Shown one piece after another: positions 19,214 to 28,180 of a stretch of DNA of 64,000 nt (position 1 is the stretch's first letter; each line of letters starts with the position of its first letter). The notes under the pieces are model-generated. The model had not been told where the DNA came from and ran no database searches. It saw only the letters and a program-made list of their open reading frames with translations. The stretch lies in assembly GCA_965601925.1 (NCBI GenBank), contig OZ271854.1:2432001-2496000 (forward strand). Direction: 5' to 3'. This DNA comes from Alkalispirochaeta sp. Its GTDB lineage: Bacteria > Spirochaetota > Spirochaetia > DSM-27196 > Alkalispirochaetaceae. The position numbers and the translations under genes are program-made.

Positions 19214-19268
19214 CGTCGCGTCAATCTTGCGTCTCGAGGCTTGTCGTTTTCGCACGTGGCAAATCCTG

Positions 19269-19297
19269 TTGACAACGGGAGCGTCTCCGCTTACTAT
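19269..19297 (+). promoter_or_regulatory. sigma70 promoter of the sugar operon
   Basis: TTGACA (19269-19274), 17 bp, TACTAT (19292-19297). Confidence 0.8.
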
Positions 19298-19305
19298 GGT
19301 CCAAC

Positions 19306-19323
19306 TAACTGTTATAACAGTTA
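19306..19323. promoter_or_regulatory. GntR operator copy 2
   Basis: Perfect 18-bp palindrome TAACTGTTATAACAGTTA near the predicted +1; same core as copy 1. Confidence 0.8.
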
Positions 19324-19383
19324 TGTGTCTTGATCGCTTTCATGTTTTCAAAAGAGGCCGGAGCCCGTGCAAGGAGGTGCAGG

Positions 19384-20646
19384 ATGAGGAAGCTGATATC
19401 CGTGGTGACCGTTATCTGCGTAGCGGTGCCGATCGTTTTTGCAGCCGGAGGGGCTGAGGAGGCGGCGGAAGACGAGGTAACTATCGAGGTGCTTAGTTGG
19501 CGCTTCGATCCCGATGAGGAGCTGTGGAACGCCATGATCGAGGCGTTCAACGAGGTCCATCCGAATATTCGGGTCAATAAGCAAATGATCCCGCAGGGTG
19601 AAATGGAACAACAGGTAACGACAATGCTGCGCTCACCGCAAGGAATCGATGTGGTGTGGACCGATTCGGGGCGGAATCGTGCGTTTGCCGAGCGAGGATT
19701 GCTCGAGGATCTCGGCCCATGGTTCGAACGGGACGGAATCGACTTGATGAATGAGTACTTCGCCCGGAGCATCAATGACCATATGTGGGACGGTGCTGTT
19801 CTGGGCTGGCCCTCGGTGCCGATGAGTTATCTGATTTTTTACAATCGAGATCTTTTCGATGCCGCCGGCGTCGCCTATCCGTCAAACGACTGGACGATCG
19901 AAGAGTTCGTCGAGACGGCTCTGGCGGTGACCGACACCGATCGAAATATCTACGGATTCGGTCAGCGCATCTGGATGGGAACGTACGATCTGGCCTTCAT
20001 TCGTGCCTACGGCGGGGACTTTTTTACTTCAGACGGCGAGCGATCGGCGCTAACGCACCCCGGGACCGTCGCGGCGTACGAGCTTCTGCAGGCGCTCATC
20101 CACGACTACGGCGCGTCGCCGCCCCTCGGCGAGGAGATCGGGTTCGAAGCGGGACGCGTCGCTATGAACTGGTCCGGTAGCTGGGACATCGCCGGGACCG
20201 AGGGCGCCGACCCGAAATGGAACTTCGACTGGGGCGTCGTGTTGCCCCCGAGGGGACCGGAAGGACAGTATCCGATCGTGATCTCGAATGCGTGGGCGAT
20301 GATCAATCGCAGCGAGCGCAAGGACGCCGCGTGGGAGTTCATGAAGTTTTGGCAAGGGGCCGACGGGCAGCGCATTCTGTCGCAGTTCGGCGAGTTTCCC
20401 GCGCTGCAGGCTGTGGCTCGCGAGACGGCGTGGCCGCATATGACCGCCGAGGACCGCGATACGATGTGGCGCTCCTTCGATGAAGCCATCGCCCGTTCGA
20501 CCGACCATCCGGGCTGGGTGCGTGCGGAGCAGCAGATCTTCACGCCCTATCGCGAGCGTATGTTTCTCGGCCGGGAGGACGTACGCACGGTGCTTGGGGA
20601 GGCCGCCCGCGAGATAGACGAGTACTTGGTCGATATCGGGTTTTAA
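19384..20646 (+). CDS. sugar ABC transporter substrate-binding protein (CUT1)
   Basis: FNEVHPNIRV, IFYNRDLFDAAGV.YP..DWT.EE, GRVAM..SGSW and AAWEFMKF. Confidence 0.92.
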   Translation: MRKLISVVTVICVAVPIVFAAGGAEEAAEDEVTIEVLSWRFDPDEELWNAMIEAFNEVHPNIRVNKQMIPQGEMEQQVTTMLRSPQGIDVVWTDSGRNRAFAERGLLEDLGPWFERDGIDLMNEYFARSINDHMWDGAVLGWPSVPMSYLIFYNRDLFDAAGVAYPSNDWTIEEFVETALAVTDTDRNIYGFGQRIWMGTYDLAFIRAYGGDFFTSDGERSALTHPGTVAAYELLQALIHDYGASPPLGEEIGFEAGRVAMNWSGSWDIAGTEGADPKWNFDWGVVLPPRGPEGQYPIVISNAWAMINRSERKDAAWEFMKFWQGADGQRILSQFGEFPALQAVARETAWPHMTAEDRDTMWRSFDEAIARSTDHPGWVRAEQQIFTPYRERMFLGREDVRTVLGEAAREIDEYLVDIGF

Positions 20647-20685
20647 AGCACTTCCACGCGTTCCCATGGACTCGGGAACGCACGA

Positions 20686-20716
20686 TGTGATCCGATACAT
20701 CGCGTGTCGGATCACA
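20686..20716 (+). other. intercistronic hairpin after the SBP gene
   Basis: TGTGATCCGATAC-ATCGC-GTGTCGGATCACA stem-loop without a U-tract. Confidence 0.5.
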
Positions 20717-20768
20717 GGCGGAGTCGGTCGGTCGTTGCAGTCCGCTGCCGAGGTTCGGGAGGTCGGTA

Positions 20769-21668
20769 ATGGGACGATGGAAATATATGGGGCGCATGGC
20801 GCGGCGTGAAGCGATGTGGGGCTGGATCCTCGCCGGTCCATGGGTTATCGGCTTCTTGTTCCTCACCGCCGGCGCCATGGGGTACGCCTTAGTGATGAGC
20901 TTTACCCGCTGGGACATGATAAACGAACCGGCGTGGATCGGCCTGGAGAACTACCGACATATGGTCTCCGCCGACCGACTCGTATGGCACAGTATACGAA
21001 TCACCACGATCTACACGGCGATGAATGTGCCTCTGTTGGTAATCACCGGCCTTGCTATGGCGCTGCTTTTGAACAAGCCGATACGCGCACGAGGGGTATT
21101 CCGTACCCTCCTATATATGCCCTCCGTACTACCGGAAATCGCCGTAATCATGGTCTGGCTACTCGTCTATAATCCGACCTTCGGTCTCGCCAACAGCCTT
21201 CTGCAGATCTTCGGAGTAGAGGGCCCGCACTGGTTGGGTGACCCGAGTACCGCGCTACCGGCGATCGTCGTTATGAGTATCTGGGGTGTCGGCGGTGGAA
21301 TGCTGATCTATCTCGCCGGCCTCCAGGGTATTCCTACCGATCTCTACGAGGCGGCTACGATTGACGGGGCGTCCGCGGCGCGAAAGTTCATCCGTATCAC
21401 CGTGCCGATGCTCTCCCCGGTGATTTTCTTCAACTTCATTATGGGGCTCATCGGTTCGTTGCAGGCCTTCAATCAGGCGTACGTCATGACCGAGGGTGGG
21501 CCGGTTCGGGCGACGTACTTCCTCATGCTGCACCTATACATACAGGGGTTTCGCAACTTCGATATGGGCTACGCCTCCGCGTTGGCGTGGCTGTTGTTTC
21601 TCTATATCGGGCTCATTACGATCGCCGTTTTCGCCGTGAGTCGCCGGGTCGTGTACTACGAGAGCTGA
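20769..21668 (+). CDS. sugar ABC transporter permease
   Basis: EAA motif LYEAATIDGAS; IGLENY and MGYASA. Confidence 0.92.
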   Translation: MGRWKYMGRMARREAMWGWILAGPWVIGFLFLTAGAMGYALVMSFTRWDMINEPAWIGLENYRHMVSADRLVWHSIRITTIYTAMNVPLLVITGLAMALLLNKPIRARGVFRTLLYMPSVLPEIAVIMVWLLVYNPTFGLANSLLQIFGVEGPHWLGDPSTALPAIVVMSIWGVGGGMLIYLAGLQGIPTDLYEAATIDGASAARKFIRITVPMLSPVIFFNFIMGLIGSLQAFNQAYVMTEGGPVRATYFLMLHLYIQGFRNFDMGYASALAWLLFLYIGLITIAVFAVSRRVVYYES

Positions 21669-21677
21669 GGGAGTTCG

Positions 21678-22598
21678 ATGCATAACAGATACGACGTATC
21701 ACCGGTCGTCACCGCGCCGACCGGTGAACCGACCGAGAAGTCGAGCGGCGAGGTAGAGTGGTGGAGGCGCACGAGCGTGCGCTCAAGGGCGTCGCGCATA
21801 CTCGTATATGTGTCGCTCTCCCTCTTCGTGGCGATTTTTCTGATTCCCTTCCTGTGGATGCTCTCGACCTCTCTCAAGAACGCCTCCCAGGTCTTTACCT
21901 GGCCGATCGAGTGGATTCCGCGACCGTTTCGATGGCAGAACTACGGTATCGCGATGCAGCGCAGACCCTTCGGGCTCTACGCGGTTAACTCGCTCATCGT
22001 GTCGGGGGGCAGTGTCGTCGGTCAGGTCGCTTCGGCGACGCTCGTCGGCTACTCGTTTGCACGACTGAAGTGGCCGGGACGAAATCTGCTCTTCGGACTA
22101 CTCATCAGTACGCTGATGTTGCCCAACAGCGTCATGTTGTTACCGCGCTACATCATTTTCGCTCAACTGCGGTGGGTAAACACCTTTCTACCCCTCGTTG
22201 TGCCGGAGTTCTTCGGATCGGCCTTTTCGATCTTTCTCGTGCGGCAGTTCATGCGCACTTTGCCGCTCTCGCTCGATGAGTCGGCGCGTATGGACGGATG
22301 CGGCCACCTGGGGATTCTGTTCCGTATTCTGCTTCCCTTAAGTAAACCCGTGCTCATTATCGTGGCGGTCAATACATTCCGCTTCAATTGGAATGACTTT
22401 CTCCAACCTCTGGTCTATTTGAACGATCGGGCGTTGTGGACCCTACCGCTCGGTTTGCGCGCCTTCGAGCAGGCCTTCACCGTGGAGTGGAATCTCCTGA
22501 TGGCCGCGTCGATCGTCGTCATGCTGCCGGTATTGCTGCTGTTTTTCGCGGCCCAGAGATGGTTCATCCAAGGCATCGTCTTTACCGGTATCAAGTAG
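21678..22598 (+). CDS. carbohydrate ABC transporter permease
   Basis: LDESARMDGC, WNDFLQPL and AQRWFIQGI. Confidence 0.92.
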   Translation: MHNRYDVSPVVTAPTGEPTEKSSGEVEWWRRTSVRSRASRILVYVSLSLFVAIFLIPFLWMLSTSLKNASQVFTWPIEWIPRPFRWQNYGIAMQRRPFGLYAVNSLIVSGGSVVGQVASATLVGYSFARLKWPGRNLLFGLLISTLMLPNSVMLLPRYIIFAQLRWVNTFLPLVVPEFFGSAFSIFLVRQFMRTLPLSLDESARMDGCGHLGILFRILLPLSKPVLIIVAVNTFRFNWNDFLQPLVYLNDRALWTLPLGLRAFEQAFTVEWNLLMAASIVVMLPVLLLFFAAQRWFIQGIVFTGIK

Positions 22599-22666
22599 GA
22601 GTTCAACGATACATCGGCGGCATGACCGACCGACAACGATACATCCGTGCGAAGGAGGCATGAACC

Positions 22667-23785
22667 ATGAAGGACACCGTCCTGTACGACAGGATATTCG
22701 GATGCATCGCCGGCTCCCGAATCGGGTCGGCGATGGGCGCGGCGACCGAAGGCATGACGCGCGATCAGATTCGTGAGACGTTCGGGCGCGTCGAGACGCT
22801 CTTGCCGTACGAGAAGCACGAAAACGATGTGCGATGGCACAACAGTACGCAAGTGTTCCACTACAAGGCGCATAAGCGTCCCGCCGGTACGACCGAAGAC
22901 GGAATCGAGCGGCAGAAGCTCATTTGCAACGCAATCGCCGAAAAGAACGGCCGAGTTAATGCCGAGGATGTCGCGCGAATCTGGGTCAGAGACATGAAGG
23001 TCGAGAACTTCGGCTACCTGATCGAGCCGTGTGACAATCTCCCGTATTATCTCGCCCGCGCCGGATTGTATCCCCGCGCGATCGGACAGTACAACGAATG
23101 GCCCGGCATCATCTCCATCGCCCGCTCGATCCACCCGATCGGGCTGGTCAACGCGTGCAACCCCGAGAGCGCGGCCGAGGACGCGCGCGAGATCGCGAGC
23201 CTCTATCAGCCGCATCAGGGTGTCGGTATCCCGTATACGCGGGCGTACGCCGCAGCGATCGCCGAGGCGGTCAAGCCGAACGCCACGTTCGACGACGCGC
23301 TGCGTGCGATGTTCGAGTACGGCGGGAGCGCGGTGCGGGAGGATGTCGAGAAGGCGCTTGAGGTGGCCGCGAGGCGGAACGATTTCGAGGAGGCTATCGA
23401 TGAGATAAACGCGAGTTTCACATCCGACGGTATCTACATGAGTTACTCCGAGGAGCTCATACCCCGAGCCTGCGCGATCGTCTATATCTGCAAGGCCGAT
23501 CCGCGGGAGTGTTGTATTGCCGGAACGAACGCCGGGCGCGATACCGACTGCGTAACCGCCCTGGCGGCGGGGCTCGCCGGTGCGCTCGCCGGGAAATCGA
23601 CCATCCCCGACGAGTGGGTGGAGACGGTCGATCGCGCCACCGTTCTCGTTCCCTGGTCGGTGTGTAAGAAGTCGCTCGAAGAGGTGAGCACCGATCTGTA
23701 TCGCGCCGTTCAGCACGAGGCGGGGCAGACTCGGCGGCGATTGGCTCTGTTGGACGAACTGACCCACGCGCAACCGCGCTCATAG
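22667..23785 (+). CDS. ADP-ribosylglycohydrolase family protein (variant motifs)
   Basis: GCIAG...GSAMGA..EG, GTTEDG, PIGLVNA..P..AA.DA and N.GRDTDC...LA.GLAGAL.G...IP.EW; RBS AAGGAGG. Confidence 0.82.
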   Translation: MKDTVLYDRIFGCIAGSRIGSAMGAATEGMTRDQIRETFGRVETLLPYEKHENDVRWHNSTQVFHYKAHKRPAGTTEDGIERQKLICNAIAEKNGRVNAEDVARIWVRDMKVENFGYLIEPCDNLPYYLARAGLYPRAIGQYNEWPGIISIARSIHPIGLVNACNPESAAEDAREIASLYQPHQGVGIPYTRAYAAAIAEAVKPNATFDDALRAMFEYGGSAVREDVEKALEVAARRNDFEEAIDEINASFTSDGIYMSYSEELIPRACAIVYICKADPRECCIAGTNAGRDTDCVTALAAGLAGALAGKSTIPDEWVETVDRATVLVPWSVCKKSLEEVSTDLYRAVQHEAGQTRRRLALLDELTHAQPRS

Positions 23786-23824
23786 TTCCGACGATATTCG
23801 CCGTACCGAAAGGAGTACACCGAC

Positions 23825-25450
23825 ATGCGAAATCGACGACCACCGCAATGGTTCGCCGAGGCGGTCTTTTACGAGATTTATCCACAGACCTTTTTCGACA
23901 CCAACGGAGACGGAATCGGCGACATCCCCGGGATGATCGAGAAGCTCGACTACATCGAGTCGCTCGGCGTCAACGGTATCTGGATTAATCCGTGCTTCGC
24001 CTCCCCGTTTTACGACGCCGGCTACGACGTATCGGACTACTATCGCGTCGCGCCGCGCTACGGAACCAACGACGACCTCCGATTGTTTGTCGAGGCGGCG
24101 CACGGGCGCGGTATTCGCGTGCTCCTGGACTTGGTGCCGGGACACACGTCGGTCGACCATCCGTGGTTTCAGCAATCGGCGCAGGTTGAGCCGAATGAGC
24201 TCAGCGATCGTTACATCTGGACCGATTCGGTCTGGGAGCACACGTTCGATATTCCGCTGGAGGCTGTGCGCGGTTACTCGGCACGAAACGGCAAGTACAT
24301 GGCGAACTTCTTCTATACGCAACCGGCCCTCAATTACGGGTTCGCCGAACCCGATCCGGCGCGACCGTGGCAGAAACCAGTCGATCACCCGGCGGTTCGC
24401 CGTCTGCGACGAGAACTGATGGACATCATGCGCTTCTGGTTGGACACGGGTGTCGACGGGTTCCGCGTCGACATGGCGTACTCCCTCGTCAAGAACGATC
24501 CGGGGCGCCGAAAGACGACCGAGCTATGGCACGAGATACGAGATCATCTCGATCGCGAGTATCCCGACGCCGTCTTGGTCGCCGAATGGCACGAGCCGGT
24601 GGAAGCGCTCCGGGCCTACTTCGACGCGTGCTTCCTGCTGCCGTTCGATGCGCCCGTCCTGGGAGCGTTTCGCGATGCACGCAATCGCTGGAGCGTCGAC
24701 TATTCACATGCATATTTCCACCCCACCGGACGCGGTACGCTTGCGCCGCTGTTGGCCGAGCTTGGGACGACCATCACCGACGAGGTTCCCGGATATCCGG
24801 CCCTCGCCGCCGGAAACCACGACGTCATGCGAGTCAACGTGGGCCGTTCGGTCGATGATCTCGAGTTGATACACGCCTTCACCCTGTTCATGCCCGGAGT
24901 GCCGTTCATCTACTACGGGGACGAAATCGGTATGGAGGATTCGACCGGTATTCCATCCGTGGAGGGTGGATACGAACGAACCTCGGCGCGGACGCCCATG
25001 CAGTGGACGAAGGGGCGCAATGCCGGTTTTTCGCGCGCCGCCGAGGACACGCTGTATACCGTACCGGTGCGGTGGGATCCCGAGCGCACCGTCGAGGCTC
25101 AAGACGGCGTCGAGGACTCGTTGTTAAACAGGGTGCGTCGTCTCATACGGTTGGTGCGCAGCGAGCGCGCCTTCAACGCCGATGCAGCCTTCGACGTGCT
25201 CTCCGCCGAGCCGAACGAGTATCCGTTCGTCTTCATGCGCTCATCGGCCTCCGCACGCTTTCTCGTCGTTATGAACCCGAGCGGCCGTGAGGCCGAAGCG
25301 ATGATTCCCACCGCCGGCCGGGATATCGATCTCGCGCAGTCGCGACGTATCCACGGGTCTGCGGGAGTGTCGGTCCACCAGAGCGGCGGTCGGTCTACCG
25401 TCACCGCGAGTGCACGTTCTTATGCCGTGTTTACGATTGACGGCGCCTGA
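23825..25450 (+). CDS. GH13 alpha-glucosidase / trehalose-synthase-like glycoside hydrolase
   Basis: FYEIYP..F.D.NGDGIGD, DAGYDV.DY, DLVPGHTS, nucleophile GFRVDMA, acid/base VAEW, NHD, YYGDEIGM and RTPMQW. Confidence 0.92.
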   Translation: MRNRRPPQWFAEAVFYEIYPQTFFDTNGDGIGDIPGMIEKLDYIESLGVNGIWINPCFASPFYDAGYDVSDYYRVAPRYGTNDDLRLFVEAAHGRGIRVLLDLVPGHTSVDHPWFQQSAQVEPNELSDRYIWTDSVWEHTFDIPLEAVRGYSARNGKYMANFFYTQPALNYGFAEPDPARPWQKPVDHPAVRRLRRELMDIMRFWLDTGVDGFRVDMAYSLVKNDPGRRKTTELWHEIRDHLDREYPDAVLVAEWHEPVEALRAYFDACFLLPFDAPVLGAFRDARNRWSVDYSHAYFHPTGRGTLAPLLAELGTTITDEVPGYPALAAGNHDVMRVNVGRSVDDLELIHAFTLFMPGVPFIYYGDEIGMEDSTGIPSVEGGYERTSARTPMQWTKGRNAGFSRAAEDTLYTVPVRWDPERTVEAQDGVEDSLLNRVRRLIRLVRSERAFNADAAFDVLSAEPNEYPFVFMRSSASARFLVVMNPSGREAEAMIPTAGRDIDLAQSRRIHGSAGVSVHQSGGRSTVTASARSYAVFTIDGA

Positions 25451-25510
25451 GAAAAACGGTCGGTGCGATCGCCGATGCGCGGTTGAAGGCGATGCACGGG
25501 AGGAGGCGCA

Positions 25511-25966
25511 ATGCGCATTGCAGTAGGAGCCGATCACGCCGGATTTCCCATGAAAGATTCGGTCATCCGGATGCTGGGGGATCTCGGCGTGGCGACCCTG
25601 GATCTCGGAACCGACAGCGCGGAACCGGTCGACTTCCCCGAGGTGTCGCAGCGGGTGTGCTCGGCAGTACTATCCGGTACCGTCGACCGGGCGGTCCTTG
25701 TCTGCGGGACGGGGGTGGGCGCCTCGATTGCGGCCAACAAGATCGCCGGTATCCGTGCCGGGCTTATCCACGACGTTCACAGCGCCCATCAGGCGGTCGA
25801 ACATGACAACATCAACGTGCTGTGCATGGGGGCGCAGATCATCGGCGCGTGGCTCGCCGGCGATATTCTGAAGGCCTTTGTCGAGGCGGAGTTCTCAACG
25901 GAGGCGCCGTTTCGCCGTCGCGTTGCGCAGTTGGCCGACCTCGACCGCACAAGGGGGACACCATAA
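25511..25966 (+). CDS. rpiB: RpiB/LacA/LacB family sugar-phosphate isomerase
   Basis: IAVGADHAGF, VCGTGVG, ANK..GIRA and EHDNINVLC.GA. Confidence 0.9.
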   Translation: MRIAVGADHAGFPMKDSVIRMLGDLGVATLDLGTDSAEPVDFPEVSQRVCSAVLSGTVDRAVLVCGTGVGASIAANKIAGIRAGLIHDVHSAHQAVEHDNINVLCMGAQIIGAWLAGDILKAFVEAEFSTEAPFRRRVAQLADLDRTRGTP

Positions 25967-26889
25967 TGACGGTAGGATTTATCGGCCTCGGCGCCATGGG
26001 CCTGCCTATGGCGCACAACGTAGCCGAAGCGGGACATACGTTGCGTATCATGCGCCATCGAAGAGCCGAGCCGGTCCGCGCCCTCGAATCGCGCGGAGCG
26101 GTCGTGTGTCGCTCCGTGGCCGAGGTGGCCGACGGCGCCGATGCGGTCATAACGGTGCTTCCCGCCGACGAGGAGCTCTCGAGCGTGCTGGACGGCTCCG
26201 ACGGTCTTGCCGCCCGGATGCAGGCCGGCCAAGCGCTCATTGACATGACGACCGCGAAGCCGGCGACGCTCCTCCGGTTCGCGCCGACCCTGTCGGATCG
26301 CGGCGTCGCACTCCTCGACGCCCCGGTCAGCGGCGGTACCACCGCGGCGCACGACGGTACCTTGACGATTATCGCCGGAACGACCGAGCGGGAGCTCGAA
26401 CGGTGGAGACCGCTCTTGGAGACCATGGGGACTCGTATCTTCCACGTGGGCTCGCCGGGACAGGGTAAGGTGTTCAAGATCGTAAATCAGCTGTTGGCCG
26501 CGATACACCTCCTAGCGATCGGAGAGGCCTTCGGACTCGGCGTCAAGCTCGGTGCCGACCCACGGAACTTGAAGGACGTTATATCGGCCTCTTCGGGATA
26601 CTCGAGAATGATGGATCTACGCCTGGACGGCTTTCTGCTCGACGGTACGTTTGAACCGGGGTTCACCCTGGACCTTATGAAGAAGGATATCCGGCTCGCC
26701 GTGGAGAGCGCACACTCCGCTCGTATGGCGGCGCCCCTCGCGTCCCAGGTACACGAGATATATCTGGCCGCGTCGACTGCGGGATTCGGGGCGCTCGACT
26801 TTTCGAAGGCTGCGGCGGTCCTCGCGTCGGTCGAAGGTTCTCCGTTCGGAGCGTCGGACGGAGCACGCACGGACACCCCGCAGGCTTAG
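25966..26889 (+). CDS. NAD(P)-dependent beta-hydroxyacid dehydrogenase (GarR/LtnD/MmsB family)
   Basis: GFIGLGAMGLPMA, DAPVSGG, catalytic KIVNQLL and F.PGF.LDLM.KD. TAATG coupling with rpiB. Confidence 0.9.
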   Translation: MTVGFIGLGAMGLPMAHNVAEAGHTLRIMRHRRAEPVRALESRGAVVCRSVAEVADGADAVITVLPADEELSSVLDGSDGLAARMQAGQALIDMTTAKPATLLRFAPTLSDRGVALLDAPVSGGTTAAHDGTLTIIAGTTERELERWRPLLETMGTRIFHVGSPGQGKVFKIVNQLLAAIHLLAIGEAFGLGVKLGADPRNLKDVISASSGYSRMMDLRLDGFLLDGTFEPGFTLDLMKKDIRLAVESAHSARMAAPLASQVHEIYLAASTAGFGALDFSKAAAVLASVEGSPFGASDGARTDTPQA

Positions 26890-27190
26890 GCGCCGACGGG
26901 ACGCGTGCACCCGTCGGCTCTACTCGATGGCGGTCTACATCTCGTTCCGGCACCGACCGGTTTGAGTCGCCGCGCCTTGCGCGCGCCACGAATGCAACGC
27001 AGTTATGTATACTCGACGGGGATGTGTTGACCCTATTACACACCACTCGGAAGGGAGTCGGGGTGCGAACTCAAAGACGTTGTACAAAGTCGGGGACGAA
27101 CGGTCTGTCGAGCGATCTACCTCGGACGCGGTGCTGTCGCATCGGGCTCGTGGTGCGGGACGCGGCCTGTGCGCGCGGTGAGGTGCCTCC

Positions 27191-28138
27191 GTGGGCGGGT
27201 TGAGAACGCTGGTCACCGGAGGTGCGGGGTTCATCGGCAGCCACCTCTGTAAGCGTCTGTTGGACGACGGGGATGAGGTACTGTGCGTAGACAATTTTTT
27301 TTCGGGAAGACGGCAAAATATCATTCCCTTGCTCCGATCGGACCGTTTTGAACCGATGCGCCACGATGTAACCTTTCCGCTCTATGTAGAGGTGGATCGT
27401 ATTTTCAACTTGGCGTGTCCGGCGAGTCCGATCTACTATCAAAAAGATCCCGTGCAGACCATCAAAGCGAGCGTCGTCGGAAGCATCAACATGCTCGGCT
27501 TGGCCAAACGTCTGAACATACCGATTCTGCAGGCGTCGACCAGCGAGGTGTACGGCGATCCCGAGGTCCATCCGCAGCCCGAGGATTACTGGGTACACGT
27601 GAACCCTCTCGGCCCGCGATCGTGTTACGACGAGGGAAAGCGGTGCGCCGAGACGCTCTTTTTCGACTACCATCGCCAAAACGACGTCGCCGTCAAAGTC
27701 GCCCGTATCTTCAACACATACGGCCCCCATATGCGCATCGATGACGGTCGTGTGATGAGTAACTTCGCGGTTCAGGCGCTTCGGGGAGACGACATTACGG
27801 TCTACGGGAACGGTGAGCAGACGCGATCATTCTGTTACATCGACGACCTCATAACCGGTCTGGTCGCGATGATGGAAACCCCGCGGGACGTCGTCGGTCC
27901 GCTGAATCTCGGCAACCCTGCGGAGACGACCATCCGGGACCTTGCCCGCACCATCGTGGACCTGACCGAGTCGAAGTCCCGGATTACGTTTCACCCCCTT
28001 CCCGCCGACGACCCCACGCGGCGCCGACCGGATATCACGCGAGCCCGAACGCTCCTTAACTGGGAGCCGGTCGTAGGACTCACGGAGGGTATTGCGCGCT
28101 CTCTGGACTATTTCAAAGCGCAGGTCCGCAGTGCGTGA
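27191..28138 (+). CDS. UDP-glucuronate decarboxylase (UDP-xylose synthase) family SDR
   Basis: [51 protein letters not shown] and QTRSFCY. Confidence 0.92.
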   Translation: MGGLRTLVTGGAGFIGSHLCKRLLDDGDEVLCVDNFFSGRRQNIIPLLRSDRFEPMRHDVTFPLYVEVDRIFNLACPASPIYYQKDPVQTIKASVVGSINMLGLAKRLNIPILQASTSEVYGDPEVHPQPEDYWVHVNPLGPRSCYDEGKRCAETLFFDYHRQNDVAVKVARIFNTYGPHMRIDDGRVMSNFAVQALRGDDITVYGNGEQTRSFCYIDDLITGLVAMMETPRDVVGPLNLGNPAETTIRDLARTIVDLTESKSRITFHPLPADDPTRRRPDITRARTLLNWEPVVGLTEGIARSLDYFKAQVRSA

Positions 28139-28180
28139 GGCGTCACATCGTTCACGGCGGCGCGGCCGCCGCCCCTACGC

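Noticed and set aside
22415..23773. 452-aa minus-strand ORF
   Set aside because: Antisense shadow of the ARH gene.
22667..23785. ARH as antitoxin or DraG nitrogenase regulator
   Set aside because: No ADP-ribosyltransferase, draT or nif genes nearby; the context is sugar catabolism.
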